From Pachysolen tannophilus NRRL Y-2460 (lineage: Eukaryota), in contig KV454011.1 of assembly GCA_001661245.1 (NCBI GenBank), positions 2,161,271 through 2,225,270 on the forward strand: 64,000 nucleotides of DNA, given 5' to 3'. The notes under the pieces were generated by a model, which was given only the letters and a program-made list of their open reading frames with translations, did no database searches and was not told where the DNA came from. Position numbers and translations under genes: made by a program. Shown here one piece after another: positions 34,811 to 47,176 of this stretch. How positions within the stretch are numbered: position 1 is the stretch's first letter; each line of letters starts with the position of its first letter.

Positions 34811-36016
34811 TCATAAATAATAATCATTAACTTCATCTTGTGATGGTATTTCATCAGAATATAGGAGAACCCTGTTGTTTTTATCTTGAAATTTTCCAAC
34901 ATCGTTTCTGCGTAGCCAATTTTCAATATTATCATGATTGTTATTATTCAAGTTATCCGATAATTTACTTATATAAGCTTGTACTTTGTCAATCTGTGAT
35001 AATGCTCTGTTGTGATCTTCTCTTGTTGTCTGAGATTTCTTATATTGTTTTAGATTATTATGAGTTAGTTGACTAATATCTATATTTTTCAAATTTTTTC
35101 TTGATCTTGTTATCCTATTATCACTGGTATCAATTGTTGTGTATGATCTTTTTTTCGTAATTTTTGATGAAGCTTGGGAATTGGATGTTGTCCTTTTTTT
35201 ATTCTTATTTGGAAATTTCTTATAGGGACTTTGAGACTTACCAAGTTTAGAAGTTGAATTTTGAGTAGAGAAAGGAGTATCTAGTCCATTAGAAATATTT
35301 TTATGGACAGTATTTTGATTAGCAATTAAATGATTTAAACTATTTGCCAAATTCTCATAATTTGTTTCTAAGTTATTTAATTTTTCCATTAATTCAACAG
35401 GGAGATCTATATTCAAGACATCAATTTCACTATTATTTGTATGTGTTTTCCCATTTATTTCATTTATCTTTTCATCAAGACTAGATAATTTTTCTAGTAT
35501 TTTATTTTTGTCGCCCAACAATGTGTTAACATTTTTTTTAATCAAAGTAAAATCTGTTGAATTTTTATCCTTTGTTTGATTATATTGTTTTTTATAAGGA
35601 TTATCTTCTGTAACTTGAGTAATTGCATCCAAATTTTTCTTAATAAGTTTAGGAATTTCCTCAAAAGTTTTATTATTATCTTGTAATTTATTTATTTCCA
35701 GTCTAAGTGTTTCAATTAAACCATCCTTTTCTTGATTTCTTTCTGAAAGTAATTGAATCAATCTCCTAGATTCTTTTCTTAAATCCACACTCTCCAATTC
35801 TAACCTCGATCCCCATTTTAGCAAGTATTCATTATGACGAGTAGGATCTATATCCTTAATGCTTATTACCTTATGTTCCCTTATTACTTCTTCCCCATTT
35901 TCCCCACTAGTTACAATATTAACAAAAGTTGTATCGTCATTAACAGTTTTGTCCCCTGTTCTCAAATCACCGTCACTTGAAAGTTCAGTATCATTAATCT
36001 CACTACTTATATTCAT
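34811..36016 (-). CDS. REC107: Meiotic double-strand-break factor Mer2/Rec107
   Basis: LLKWGSRLELESVDLRKESRRLIQLL matches the recalled Mer2 signature motif ([26 protein letters not shown]); central coiled coil; divergent from LSM8 as in S. cerevisiae. Confidence 0.8.
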   Translation of the reverse strand: MNISSEINDTELSSDGDLRTGDKTVNDDTTFVNIVTSGENGEEVIREHKVISIKDIDPTRHNEYLLKWGSRLELESVDLRKESRRLIQLLSERNQEKDGLIETLRLEINKLQDNNKTFEEIPKLIKKNLDAITQVTEDNPYKKQYNQTKDKNSTDFTLIKKNVNTLLGDKNKILEKLSSLDEKINEINGKTHTNNSEIDVLNIDLPVELMEKLNNLETNYENLANSLNHLIANQNTVHKNISNGLDTPFSTQNSTSKLGKSQSPYKKFPNKNKKRTTSNSQASSKITKKRSYTTIDTSDNRITRSRKNLKNIDISQLTHNNLKQYKKSQTTREDHNRALSQIDKVQAYISKLSDNLNNNNHDNIENWLRRNDVGKFQDKNNRVLLYSDEIPSQDEVNDYYL

Positions 36017-36334
36017 CGCCTCAAATAAAAACTAACTGTTGTCATCATAAATTTGTCAAACTCTTCAATAGTTTTGTTAACCATCAACTGAGAGGTAAAA
36101 TACCTTATTTATATACTTTATTTTTCTTTGACAGAAAATGAAAATCACAACATTTGAAATGTTGTGATTCAGTTACCTAATATGGAAGTTTGATATTGTA
36201 CAGACTACTCCTATAATTTTTTAGTGTCAGATTTCCATATTAAAACCACAATTTCTTTGTAATTGATTTATTCATGATAATAGTAAAGATACAGTTGAGA
36301 AACTGGTGGAATTGAAAATAGATTTGAGTCAGGG

Positions 36335-36877
36335 ATGTCAGCGTTAGGAACGTTTATAGAGAGTGAGTTATTATTAGTTTTCTTTTTTTTTGCTTTTTAC
36401 TTTAATCCACTTTTTTTTTTTTTTTTTCTTTTTTTTTTTTTGTTGGTTGGTTTGGTTGGTTGACAATTAAGCGCGCTTATTTTGAAAGTAGTTTTTACTA
36501 ACATCAAGTTTTTTTTTAACATTAGAAAAGATTAAAGTGATAACAACAGATGGAAGGCTCTTTGTGGTAAGTAATGGTGTGATGTTCTAGTTTTTGTTGT
36601 TTTGATTTTGTTTACTAACTTGAAGTTTTTTTTTTTTCTTTTGCATGAGTAGGGGAAATTGGAAGGGTACGATAACAATACGAATTTGATATTGACATCA
36701 ACAATAGAAAGGATATTTGATTTAGAAGAAGAAACCGAGCAAATTGACTTGGGGCTATATATTATAAGAGGGGACTCGGTGGTATGTGCCGGGATATTTG
36801 ACGAGGAGATAGAAAATTCGATACAATGGACAAAAGTTCATGGGGTCCAGTTAAAAGACACCAAAAATCCTTTTTAA
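36335..36877 (+). CDS. LSM8: U6 snRNA-associated Lsm8; join(36335..36362,36526..36566,36653..36877)
   Basis: MSALGTFIEK|KIKVITTDGRLFV|GKLEGYDNNTNL...IIRGDSVV. Introns 36363-36525 (GTGAGT) and 36567-36652 (GTAAGT), both with TACTAAC. Confidence 0.93.
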
Positions 36878-36941
36878 AAAAATGGTACTATAGACAATAA
36901 TTGTGTATTCTTGAACTTTTAAATAATAAATATATATAGCA

Positions 36942-37670
36942 TTATTTTACAGTTGGAATACCATGTAGTTTCATCTTGACGGCCAACTCTAATAAGTAAT
37001 CAATGGCTTCGTTATAAATTTTTGCTTTCCAAACTGTTTCACCCCAAACATAAATACCATGTCTTCTAACTAAAACCGCAGTAGTACCAGGATATTTCTT
37101 AATTATTTCTTTTAAAGGATCTTCTAAATCTTGTTCAAAGTTTGTATTTTCAATAATAGGAATAACTAATTTATCATTATAATTGAGATACCCTGCTTCA
37201 GTTATTCTAGGAATAGCTTTAATCTGTTCAACATGGGAAATCTCGAAAACATCATCAAATAATAAAGTACACATAACAGCATTTTGAGAATGGGTGTGGA
37301 TACAACCTCCAGAACCTCTTAAATCATAAGAGGCAAGAAATAAAGGAGTACATGATGAAGGCTTCAACGATATAGGTTCCCGTAAATATTTTTTTGAATT
37401 TAAAGACATAACAAATATATTTTCTGGAAGCATTCTTTCCTTTTGAACACCACTTGGTGCAATGAAAACTTTATCTCCATCTCTAATGGATACACCACCT
37501 CCTGTTCCAGTGACCCATCCATTGACATAAAAATTCTTACATAATTCACAAATTAAATTAGCTGGATGGTTTGGATCATCGGACAAAATTAAAGAATCAG
37601 ATTCTGATTCTGGCAATTTCAGCAGTCCTGATTCATCTTGCTTGGCTGAATGAGAACAATTGCAAACCAT
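36942..37670 (-). CDS. MDE1: Methylthioribulose-1-phosphate dehydratase (methionine salvage)
   Basis: [40 protein letters not shown]. Confidence 0.95.
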   Translation of the reverse strand: MVCNCSHSAKQDESGLLKLPESESDSLILSDDPNHPANLICELCKNFYVNGWVTGTGGGVSIRDGDKVFIAPSGVQKERMLPENIFVMSLNSKKYLREPISLKPSSCTPLFLASYDLRGSGGCIHTHSQNAVMCTLLFDDVFEISHVEQIKAIPRITEAGYLNYNDKLVIPIIENTNFEQDLEDPLKEIIKKYPGTTAVLVRRHGIYVWGETVWKAKIYNEAIDYLLELAVKMKLHGIPTVK

Positions 37671-37878
37671 TTTCCACTAGAGCAAGTTAACTTATTTTAG
37701 TTATGGAACATTATCTAGTTATTAAGTATTATTATTTCCATCCTCTAAAGGTAAAAAACGTGTGTAAAAATAAGAGCGTCACGACGCCGTACATAGAGTC
37801 GTACGCCACAGTTAGAATTAGAATTACAAAACAATCAGTTCAATTATATTTAAGAATGCTATAAATTCAATGATTAGG

Positions 37879-40800
37879 TTAACCAAGTAACTCATCGACG
37901 ATATTTTTAAGGACAGGTCTGTTTTGGATAATTTTGGAGTCTATCTTGATACCATTTTTCTTGACTTGGGAATTATTTTTTCTCATTTTGGAAGAAGATA
38001 GTTGAGTACTTGTACTTAACAGTTTATCATTGTTTAGGAAAATATTATAGAAACCATCTCCGCCTTTCGGAATATTATACATCCAGCCTCTAGTTTCAAT
38101 GATTGACATAAATGCTTGCAAAGTGTTCAAATTATCCATCGTCTTTCTACTTCCCAATATGATTAATTTACTTCTTGCTCTTGTTATAGCAACATTGATT
38201 CTTCTCCATTCTTTTAATAACTCACCAACAGTGTTTGTATCATTAGATCTGACCATCGATATTATGATACAGTCTTTATCTCTGCCTTGAAATTGATCTG
38301 CAGTTAATATTTCGACACCTGTGTGAGTTGAAAGTTTCCTGTATAAAATTCTCAATTGTGCCCTATAAAGTGACATTACACCAATTGAATTTTCGTTAAC
38401 ACCACAATAAATAAGAGATTCTACTATTTGTCTGATCAACTCAGCTTCTGTCGGATTTTCAATTTTTTCACCGTTTATTTTTTCAAAAGCTGGCAATTCA
38501 TCATGGTTTAAAAAAACAACCTTATTTTTGGGTTCAAAAATATGTTTCAACCAATTCTGATTTTCATCTAAATCCGGATTTTTGAAAAGAGTTGTTAACT
38601 TATCAGGAAATGGTATAAGCAAAGATTGTTTTGCCACTTCTTCGGAACCACATTTTAATCTCCCTTCATATATTAACGTATTGGACAATAACATAATATC
38701 AGCACACATTCTATACTGGTAGCTCAAGTCAACAACCGATTCTGGAAACCTTTCACTGAGGATACGAAACAAAGATTTATCTAGTCCACCATTCCTTGCT
38801 TCTTGACTAACAACCAAAGGAGGCAATTGGTAGTGATCGCCAACCAATACAAATTTATCGCAGAACCTTAATGGTCCAAGACAAACTGGCATTGAAACTT
38901 GAGATGCTTCATCGATAATGCAGTAATCAAAATTTTTTCTGTGATTAAATACAACATCGTTAATCCCAAGACAAGTAGTAGCAACTACCGCTGGTTCAAT
39001 ATACGCTTTTTTGAAAGTCTGAGAGTTATTAACCGTAATTGATCCTTCCTTCTCTGAATTTGGAACAAATTTTTGAACTTCTGGATGAACTTTTGAAATA
39101 TGTCCAGTTCGCAATATGGGAATACCATCATTTTTTAATTTGATCAAGATATTATCAACAGCTGAATGGGTGTACGAAGCCAAGAGTACTGTACTGTTAT
39201 TCTTTACTAGATATCTAATAATTTGAGCAATCGCAGTAGTTTTACCTGTACCTGGCATACCCAATATTAAGCTGTAATCTTTTGTTTTTAGTATTTTGTC
39301 AAATGCTTTTATTTGATCACTGTTAAAACTAGCAGACTCAGGTAGTTCGTAAGGTAGCGGTTCTAAGCTAAATTTAGGTGCTTCCATATCAACTAAAAAT
39401 CGTCTTCTTCTTGGATCACCAACTTCATCAGGTAAAAACAAATTTAACAAGTTATATCTTGCGAGGGCCAAACCATGAAACATCTCATCTTTGTCAATTC
39501 TGTACGTCTTTGACTGTTGGACAGTAATAAGTTCACTACTCAAGTGCTGAGAATTCATTGAATGCAAGACACTTTGGAAAATTTGTTGATCCTTTTCAGC
39601 AAAACCAGGTAGTTTTACAGATGAATTGATTATTCTTCTATCAGTTTTGATTGTAATAAAACCCTCTCTAATAGATATAATCCATCCAGAGCTCAATGCA
39701 AAATGACCATCCTCGTCACTTATAATGACTCTATCATGTTTGGTCAATTGTGAATTCAAAAGACTTCGTTTCGTTTGCTCAGATTTATCAGCCAGTCTCG
39801 AAAAAGTATACATAAAGCCATGATTTGATTCCTCTTCGGATTCACAAACTTCCGTAATGACTAAATTTCCAATTGCCTTACCGCCATTTTCTTCCCTCTC
39901 CAATGCTGTCTTCACCCACAACTCTTTCTTCATACTATTGATCACGCTTTCCTCTTTTGTTATTAAGTTATCCCAATAATTAAAATACTCTATGTAGTAC
40001 GGATTCGTTTTCAAATGACCAGTAATTGCTTCGTATAGTCCTTCTTTCAAGCCACTTTCTGACTCGTTACCATTTTCCATTAGTTTATTCATTGTCATAC
40101 AAGCCGTGACTGCAAAACATCTATCACATTGACTTTGCTTCAATAACGGCGGCAATTTCCTTGAGCCCTCTTGCAAATATTGAGAAATCTTGTTTCTGAT
40201 GTTGATCAAAAGTTTTAAATCAGTTGGATTAATGTCATGTTTTTTCATATCCTTTAATTTGGAATATAACAACAAGAAAAACTTACTATCCATATCGTAC
40301 CTCTCATTGATTAATAAAGTATATAACGATGTCTGAGCTCTGTGGTTTAAATACTCTCTGCCACCGGTTTTAATCTCCAAAGGAGTGACAAATTTTCCAT
40401 CATAGTTGGAATTTTTTAAATGAGCTTCAACAGTAACATCAATTAAACCTCTTATACCAAACATAGGTGACCATATATTTTCTTCGACATCGAGAATGTT
40501 ACTGATGGACATATTGCTCTTCTCTTTCTGGCCTTCAGTAACAATAATTGCCCTCAGATCATCGTTGATAAATGTCGAATACCAATTTTGTATATAGGGA
40601 ATATGCATATTGACTTCGTCCTTAATTCTTTGAAGAGTTTCGTTTATGCTTAAAATATCGATTAAATTCGATTGTAATAAATTTTCTAAACTTTCGTTTA
40701 TAAACTCTAAAGATGTATTATTTTTTGAGAGACATTCTTGAAATAACGAATGAACGATATTACCAACAATTAAAGGAACACTTGAATCACCAGGAAATGC

Positions 40801-42657
40801 CAATTTCGAATTCAAAACAGATTTACGAGAACAATCTAAAGCTTGTCCTGTATTAGTTGCACTAATCATTATATCTGGATTCCAGATCAATAAATTATTA
40901 TCATTATCAACGATTTTTGGATTGGACCCAATTATGTGAATGACATCATTTTTAGCAATTTCTAGAGTCAGCCATAAATCTCTAACTAACACCTTATCGA
41001 CAGAGTTATCTGGTTTCATGACGGTAATGATTAATTGCTCTTTGGTTCGATTGTTTTTTGTATATTTAGCTTTTAAAACATCCAATACTTGGTATCTGTG
41101 ACAATTAGGTTTTTGTAAAGCAGATTTTGCTAAATTTTTTTGCTCCGTTTTATTATCTTTAAAGCTTTTAAGATAATCTGGTGTATCAAATCTTTTCACG
41201 CCTGTTTGAAAAATAGCTACATTGTTTCTATCAGATCTCAGTAAGAGAGTTTCTGAATCTGCAGGACTTTTTTTCAGAGCTATCGATTTTTTTTGTGAGA
41301 GTTTATTCATAATTTGACATAACTCTTCATCGTCATCTTCAGTAGAGTTATCTGATGAAAATGCATGATCACCGAACTCGTCTTCTAACTTTTTAAGTGT
41401 TGTTGGAATTTTTTCTTTTTTCGTTTCCCCTTTCATTGCTGTGCTTTCGTTTTGGCTCTTTTTCTTGAAAAAAGTATCTAATTCAACCATATCAATTTCG
41501 TCACTAAATTTATCATCATCAAAATCATCATCTTTTGAATTATCTTTTATAAGTTCATTCACTGGGGGTTTACGGTTTAATTGACTAATAGTTTTCTTTT
41601 CTATTAATTCTGATAAATCTCCTAAATCACTGCTGAAATCACTATCAGAAGAATTACTAGTTTCCTGTCCCTTTGAATTATTTTTATTTTCATCATAAAT
41701 TTGATCAGCTACCGATCCAGGTATATCTGGACTTTGAAGTCTAAAGCTATTCCCTATAGCATCCAACAACTTATTTATATCTCTAGAAGACGATGCCGAT
41801 GAAGGTGCTGATGTACATGCAGAAAGAGAATTATTATTTTTCACCATATCATTCAAATTTGTCAATGCTGGAGACAGCAGTTTACTTGAGTTTTTCTTTG
41901 ATGAAGATGGACGTCTAAATCTTGATATTCCACTTTTTAATAATTTTTTCTTATTTAAAGATAATTTGTTATATGTCAGATGATCTACTTGTAATCCTTC
42001 TGATCTTGTTCTAGCAAAAGATGGCGAGATTTGTTCATTTCCAACATCTATCGATTCAGAATCTGACGAGCTTCTAGCATGTTTCTGAGGAATTGGTGTC
42101 TGAGAATCCAAATTATCAAATGTAGCATTATATTTTTTCAATAACGGTATCAATGGATCAGTATCTGAAACAACTTTCCCATTTCCTATCAATGGTGACG
42201 AGGGAACTATTTTTGATTTTAAACCATCACGATCCAAGCTCTCCAGTTTGATACTTGCAGCCTTTGGAGTCATTTCCCAATACACATGATCTTCTGAACT
42301 GGGTAGATTATATTTATTATGAGATTTCATCGGTGTACTCTTCACGGGCAGCGGCAGCAGCAACAGCAGCAGCGGCAGCGCCTGCTGTTGCTCTTGCTGC
42401 TGCTCTTGAACCACCACCCCACCAGCATTGGCAATGACATTTGGATCTGAACTGGCTAGCAGCGACTTTGACTTTGTCTGAAACTTACTCAGATTACTAT
42501 ATTTGTTAAAATTTTCAACAATCGGTTGAAATGCATAATTAGTCTTAATCTTCTTTTTGGATATCTTTGTTATTTTTGTTTTCTTCGCAGTGAAATTCGG
42601 ATCATTCTCATCATTAACTATTGGCCTCTTGCTCTTACTATTGCTACTTTCTGACAT
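37879..42657 (-). CDS. DNA2: Dna2 nuclease/helicase
   Basis: Fe-S Cys residues (CSRK, CDRC), GLIDVT, EIKTG nuclease motifs; SF1 helicase GMPGTGKTT, DEASQ, QFQGRDKD. Confidence 0.96.
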   Translation of the reverse strand: MSESSNSKSKRPIVNDENDPNFTAKKTKITKISKKKIKTNYAFQPIVENFNKYSNLSKFQTKSKSLLASSDPNVIANAGGVVVQEQQQEQQQALPLLLLLLPLPVKSTPMKSHNKYNLPSSEDHVYWEMTPKAASIKLESLDRDGLKSKIVPSSPLIGNGKVVSDTDPLIPLLKKYNATFDNLDSQTPIPQKHARSSSDSESIDVGNEQISPSFARTRSEGLQVDHLTYNKLSLNKKKLLKSGISRFRRPSSSKKNSSKLLSPALTNLNDMVKNNNSLSACTSAPSSASSSRDINKLLDAIGNSFRLQSPDIPGSVADQIYDENKNNSKGQETSNSSDSDFSSDLGDLSELIEKKTISQLNRKPPVNELIKDNSKDDDFDDDKFSDEIDMVELDTFFKKKSQNESTAMKGETKKEKIPTTLKKLEDEFGDHAFSSDNSTEDDDEELCQIMNKLSQKKSIALKKSPADSETLLLRSDRNNVAIFQTGVKRFDTPDYLKSFKDNKTEQKNLAKSALQKPNCHRYQVLDVLKAKYTKNNRTKEQLIITVMKPDNSVDKVLVRDLWLTLEIAKNDVIHIIGSNPKIVDNDNNLLIWNPDIMISATNTGQALDCSRKSVLNSKLAFPGDSSVPLIVGNIVHSLFQECLSKNNTSLEFINESLENLLQSNLIDILSINETLQRIKDEVNMHIPYIQNWYSTFINDDLRAIIVTEGQKEKSNMSISNILDVEENIWSPMFGIRGLIDVTVEAHLKNSNYDGKFVTPLEIKTGGREYLNHRAQTSLYTLLINERYDMDSKFFLLLYSKLKDMKKHDINPTDLKLLINIRNKISQYLQEGSRKLPPLLKQSQCDRCFAVTACMTMNKLMENGNESESGLKEGLYEAITGHLKTNPYYIEYFNYWDNLITKEESVINSMKKELWVKTALEREENGGKAIGNLVITEVCESEEESNHGFMYTFSRLADKSEQTKRSLLNSQLTKHDRVIISDEDGHFALSSGWIISIREGFITIKTDRRIINSSVKLPGFAEKDQQIFQSVLHSMNSQHLSSELITVQQSKTYRIDKDEMFHGLALARYNLLNLFLPDEVGDPRRRRFLVDMEAPKFSLEPLPYELPESASFNSDQIKAFDKILKTKDYSLILGMPGTGKTTAIAQIIRYLVKNNSTVLLASYTHSAVDNILIKLKNDGIPILRTGHISKVHPEVQKFVPNSEKEGSITVNNSQTFKKAYIEPAVVATTCLGINDVVFNHRKNFDYCIIDEASQVSMPVCLGPLRFCDKFVLVGDHYQLPPLVVSQEARNGGLDKSLFRILSERFPESVVDLSYQYRMCADIMLLSNTLIYEGRLKCGSEEVAKQSLLIPFPDKLTTLFKNPDLDENQNWLKHIFEPKNKVVFLNHDELPAFEKINGEKIENPTEAELIRQIVESLIYCGVNENSIGVMSLYRAQLRILYRKLSTHTGVEILTADQFQGRDKDCIIISMVRSNDTNTVGELLKEWRRINVAITRARSKLIILGSRKTMDNLNTLQAFMSIIETRGWMYNIPKGGDGFYNIFLNNDKLLSTSTQLSSSKMRKNNSQVKKNGIKIDSKIIQNRPVLKNIVDELLG

Positions 42658-42749
42658 GACTGCTCCTCCTCCCGACCATCAACTTTACTCATCAATGAAT
42701 TAGAAATCCAACAAGACAATTATATATATATATACATCTCTTTGTGTTT

Positions 42750-42755
42750 ACGCGT
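42750..42755. promoter_or_regulatory. MCB element (ACGCGT) in the DNA2/RET1 divergent promoter
   Basis: tttACGCGTaac about 95 bp upstream of the DNA2 ATG. Confidence 0.55.
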
Positions 42756-43005
42756 AACGCTCTTAATAGAAAATAGATCAAAAAACGAAAAATGGTCGTG
42801 TAAATGATAGCACACAGAATGTTTAGTACCAAAAAATTTTTCAGGTGAGAACCCAAGACGAAAGAGAGATGGGTTAGAAGAAGAGGAAGTAAGTGATGAT
42901 TATTATCTTGTGGTGAAAGTTGAGAAATTTGTATATAAGGTTGTTGTATCTGTGGTGTGTTGAGTAGTTTCTTTGATTTTTTTTTTTTTTTTTGTTTTGT
43001 TATTG

Positions 43006-46000
43006 ATGAGAATGCAGTCAAAGAGGAAATCATCAGTTTCTCGTCAACCTTTATATAATCATGATCATAAGAAACTGGATGATTCGTTTAATGAATTATT
43101 ACAACCTGTATATAAGGGTAAAGGGTTATCTGATCTGATCAATACTGCAGAAGATAAATGGAACTTGTTACCAGCTTTTTTAAAAGTGAAAGGTTTGGTT
43201 AAGCAGCATCTTGATTCGTTCAATTATTTTGTTGATGTTGATTTGAAGAAAATTATTCTTGCAAATGAAAAAGTTTTAAGTGATGTTGATCCTGAATTTT
43301 ATTTAAAATATTTGGATATTAGAGTTGGTTATAAATCTAATGCCTCTAAGAAAGATGCTAGTTATAAAGAGGTTATATTGTCACCTCATGAGTGTCGTCT
43401 TAGAGATTCAACGTATAGTGCACCAATTTATGTTGATGTTGAATATACTAGAGGAAGAAAAATTATTATGCATAGAGATTTGGAAATTGGAAGAATGCCA
43501 ATCATGTTACGATCTAATAAGTGTATTCTTGATGGTAAGACAGAAACTGAAATGGCTGTGCTTCAAGAGTGTCCTTTGGATCCAGGTGGATATTTTATAG
43601 TAAATGGTACTGAGAAAGTCATTTTAGTTCAAGAACAATTGAGTAAAAATAGAATTATAGTTGAAGCTGATGAAAAGAAAAATATTGTTCAAGCTTCGGT
43701 AACTTCTTCAACACATGAAAGGAAATCTAAGACTTATGTTGTTACTAAAAATGGTAAAATTTATTTAAAACATAATTCGATTAGTGAAGAAATACCAATT
43801 GTAATTGTATTAAAAGCTGCAGGTATAACTTCGGATCTTGAAGTTATGCAATTAGTTTGTGGTGATAATCCAGCGTATCAAGATATATTTGTTGTAAATT
43901 TTGAAGAAGCTTCCAAAGTTGGTATTTATACTCAAAATCAAGCTTTAGAATATATTGGACAAAGAGTAAAGACAATGAGAAGAATGAATGCTCCTAGATT
44001 ATCTATTTTACAAGAAGGTATCGATGCAATTGCCACTACTGTAATAGCACATATTACAGTAAATGATTTAGATTTCCGTGAAAAATCATTATATATTGCT
44101 ATGATGACAAGAAGAGTTATCATGGCTATTGATAATCCTAAGATGGTTGATGATAGAGATTATGTTGGTAATAAACGTTTAGAATTAGCTGGTCAATTAA
44201 TGTCTTTACTTTTTGAAGATTTATTTAAAAAATTTAATTCTGATTTTAAAGCAAATATTGACAAGATTTTGAAAAAACCAAATAGAGCTTCTGAATTTGA
44301 TGCTTTATTAAGTATCAATATTCATTCTAACAATATTACAACTGGTATGAATAGAGCTATTTCTACAGGTAACTGGTCTTTAAAACGTTTTAAAATGGAA
44401 AGAGCAGGTGTTACACATGTTTTATCAAGATTGTCATATATTAGTGCTTTAGGTATGATGACTCGTATTTCATCACAATTTGAAAAATCAAGAAAAGTTT
44501 CAGGTCCAAGAGCATTACAACCATCACAATTTGGAATGTTATGTACTTCAGATACTCCTGAAGGTGAAGCTTGTGGTTTGGTTAAAAATTTAGCATTAAT
44601 GACACATATCACCACAGATGATGAAGAGGAACCTATTAGGAGATTATGTTATATATTAGGAATTAAAGATATTAGCATTACAGATAGTGGATCATTAAAC
44701 AGTAAAGGTACTTTTGGTGTATATTTAAATGGTACTATTATTGGTATTTCTAGATTTCCAACAAAATTTGTTGAAAATTTTAGAAATTTAAGAAGATCGG
44801 GGAAAATATCTGCATTTATTTCTATACATACAAATTTGCATCAATCTTCAGTACATATTGCCACGGATGGTGGGCGTATATGTAGGCCCTTGATTATAGT
44901 TTCTGATGGTGAATCTAGAGTGAAATCAGAGCATTTACTGATGTTGAAAAGTGGTCAATGGCAATTTGATGATTTCTTAACTAATGGTCTTGTTGAATAT
45001 TTGGATGTCAATGAAGAGAATGATGCTTTCATTGCATTATATGAGAATGATATTACTTATTCTTCAACTCATTTAGAAATTGAACCTTTCACTGTATTAG
45101 GTGCTGTTGCAGGGTTAATTCCATATCCTCATCATAATCAATCTCCAAGAAATACATATCAGTGTGCTATGGGTAAACAGGCAATTGGTACTATAGGGTA
45201 TAATCAATTTAGAAGAATTGATACATTATTATATTTAATGGTTTATCCACAACAACCAATGGTAAAGACTAAAACCATTGAACTTATTGAATATGACAAG
45301 CTTCCAGCTGGTCAAAATGCTACTGTAGCAGTGATGTCGTATTCTGGTTATGATATAGAAGATGCTTTAGTTTTGAATAAGGCTTCTATAGATCGAGGAT
45401 TTGGAAGATGTCAAGTTTTAAGGAAAAACACCAGTGTATTGAAAAGATATCCTAATCATTCAAAAGATATTGTTGCTGGAATGAGAGTTGATGAAAATGG
45501 TGATCCTATTTATCAACATGCGGCTTTAGGTCCCGATGGATTAGGTGAAGTTGGTATGAAAGTTGATAGTGGACAAGTTTATATAAATAAATGTGTTCCA
45601 ACAAATGCTACTGAAAGTGTCTTGGGTACCAATAATCCTAATCAACCACAACCACAAGCAGAACAACATAGAGAAACACCAGCTGTATATAGAGCACCAG
45701 AACCAAGTTATATTGATCAAGTAATGATGTCTGTAAGTGACAATGATCAGGCATTGATTAAAGTATTATTAAGACAAACAAGAAGACCAGAATTGGGTGA
45801 TAAATTTTCTTCAAGACATGGTCAAAAGGGTGTTTGTGGTATTATAGTTCAACAAGAAGATTTACCGTTTAACGATGATGGTATTTCTCCCGATATAATA
45901 ATGAACCCACATGGGTTCCCATCCCGTATGACTGTGGGCAAAATGATGGAATTAGTTTCTGGTAAAGCAGGAGTCTTGGATGGAACTTTACAATATGGTA

Positions 46001-46515
46001 CATGTTTTGGAGGCTCCAAATTAGAAGATATGTCCAGGATTTTAGTTGATAAAGGTTTCAGTTATAGCGGTAAAGATATGCTTTATTCCGGTATCACAGG
46101 AGAATGCTTACAAGCATACATTTTCTTTGGTCCAATATATTATCAAAAATTAAAACATATGGTTTTAGATAAAATGCATGCAAGAGCTAGAGGTCCAAGA
46201 GCAGTATTAACTAGACAACCAACAGAAGGTCGGTCACGTGATGGTGGTTTAAGGTTAGGAGAGATGGAGAGAGATTGTGTAATAGCTTATGGAGCATCAC
46301 AATTATTATTGGAAAGATTAATGCTAAGTTCAGACGCCTTCGATGTAGACGTGTGTGGTAGCTGCGGCTTAATGGGTTACAACGGATGGTGTCCTTCATG
46401 TAAAACTGGTGAAGGTGTAATAAAGATGAAAATACCTTATGCTGCAAAATTATTATTCCAAGAATTGATTGCAATGAATATTGCTCCTAGATTAAAGTTA
46501 GGAGATGTATTCTAA
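43006..46515 (+). CDS. RET1: RNA polymerase III second-largest subunit (C128)
   Basis: [42 protein letters not shown]; start at ATG 43006 or 43012. Confidence 0.97.
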   Translation: MRMQSKRKSSVSRQPLYNHDHKKLDDSFNELLQPVYKGKGLSDLINTAEDKWNLLPAFLKVKGLVKQHLDSFNYFVDVDLKKIILANEKVLSDVDPEFYLKYLDIRVGYKSNASKKDASYKEVILSPHECRLRDSTYSAPIYVDVEYTRGRKIIMHRDLEIGRMPIMLRSNKCILDGKTETEMAVLQECPLDPGGYFIVNGTEKVILVQEQLSKNRIIVEADEKKNIVQASVTSSTHERKSKTYVVTKNGKIYLKHNSISEEIPIVIVLKAAGITSDLEVMQLVCGDNPAYQDIFVVNFEEASKVGIYTQNQALEYIGQRVKTMRRMNAPRLSILQEGIDAIATTVIAHITVNDLDFREKSLYIAMMTRRVIMAIDNPKMVDDRDYVGNKRLELAGQLMSLLFEDLFKKFNSDFKANIDKILKKPNRASEFDALLSINIHSNNITTGMNRAISTGNWSLKRFKMERAGVTHVLSRLSYISALGMMTRISSQFEKSRKVSGPRALQPSQFGMLCTSDTPEGEACGLVKNLALMTHITTDDEEEPIRRLCYILGIKDISITDSGSLNSKGTFGVYLNGTIIGISRFPTKFVENFRNLRRSGKISAFISIHTNLHQSSVHIATDGGRICRPLIIVSDGESRVKSEHLLMLKSGQWQFDDFLTNGLVEYLDVNEENDAFIALYENDITYSSTHLEIEPFTVLGAVAGLIPYPHHNQSPRNTYQCAMGKQAIGTIGYNQFRRIDTLLYLMVYPQQPMVKTKTIELIEYDKLPAGQNATVAVMSYSGYDIEDALVLNKASIDRGFGRCQVLRKNTSVLKRYPNHSKDIVAGMRVDENGDPIYQHAALGPDGLGEVGMKVDSGQVYINKCVPTNATESVLGTNNPNQPQPQAEQHRETPAVYRAPEPSYIDQVMMSVSDNDQALIKVLLRQTRRPELGDKFSSRHGQKGVCGIIVQQEDLPFNDDGISPDIIMNPHGFPSRMTVGKMMELVSGKAGVLDGTLQYGTCFGGSKLEDMSRILVDKGFSYSGKDMLYSGITGECLQAYIFFGPIYYQKLKHMVLDKMHARARGPRAVLTRQPTEGRSRDGGLRLGEMERDCVIAYGASQLLLERLMLSSDAFDVDVCGSCGLMGYNGWCPSCKTGEGVIKMKIPYAAKLLFQELIAMNIAPRLKLGDVF

Positions 46516-46631
46516 TATAGAATAGAATTGAATAGTCGTGTGCACTCAACTTAAAAAAATAAATAGCCAAAAAAAAAACCCCCCAAACAGTAGTGTAACA
46601 AAATATCAAAATCTCCTATTTCTTTTTTCTT

Positions 46632-46816
46632 CCGGGTAACACTTTCTTTTTTTTTTTTTTTTTTTTTTTTAAAAATTTTTTTTTTTTTTCCTCATCTCAT
46701 CTTTTGTACCAAGAAACAAAAAGACATTTTTTTCACCAAAATTATAGTACTAAATTATATAGAAGGTAAACTAGGGTAAAAAAGAAAGAAAAAAAAAAAA
46801 AAAAAGTGAAAAATTT
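46632..46816 (+). promoter_or_regulatory. Ribosome-biogenesis promoter of NOP58: Reb1 site, poly(dT), PAC, RRPE
   Basis: CCGGGTAA 46632-46639; T-tracts; CTCATCTCATC 46691-46701; TGAAAAATTT 46807-46816. Confidence 0.75.
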
Positions 46817-47176
46817 ATTATTAGGCTAGATAATAAATATAATAGAATAAATTTTTTTTTTTTTTTTTTAATAGAAAAAAAAAATTTGAGAATTTTAAAA
46901 GACTTGAATATTTCTTTAAAGGAAGAAAGAAGAAGAATATATCATCTTTTGATACTAGATTAGAGTAAAACCAAATCAAAATATATTTGGGTTAAATTCA
47001 TTACTGCTAGATCAATATTAATAGTGATTGTTTAAAAAAAAAAATAAAAATAAAAAGAAAAAAATTTTCAAAAGTATTTGTGGTATTAATTATTTGAATT
47101 TTTTTTTTTTTTCATATTTGCTTTTTCTTTTCTTTTTGGACATAGATAACTAGATTGATAGATTGATAGATTGGAT

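Noticed and set aside
42889..43017. Upstream exon and intron for RET1 (GTAAGT at 42889)
   Set aside because: No branch point and no in-frame upstream ATG found.
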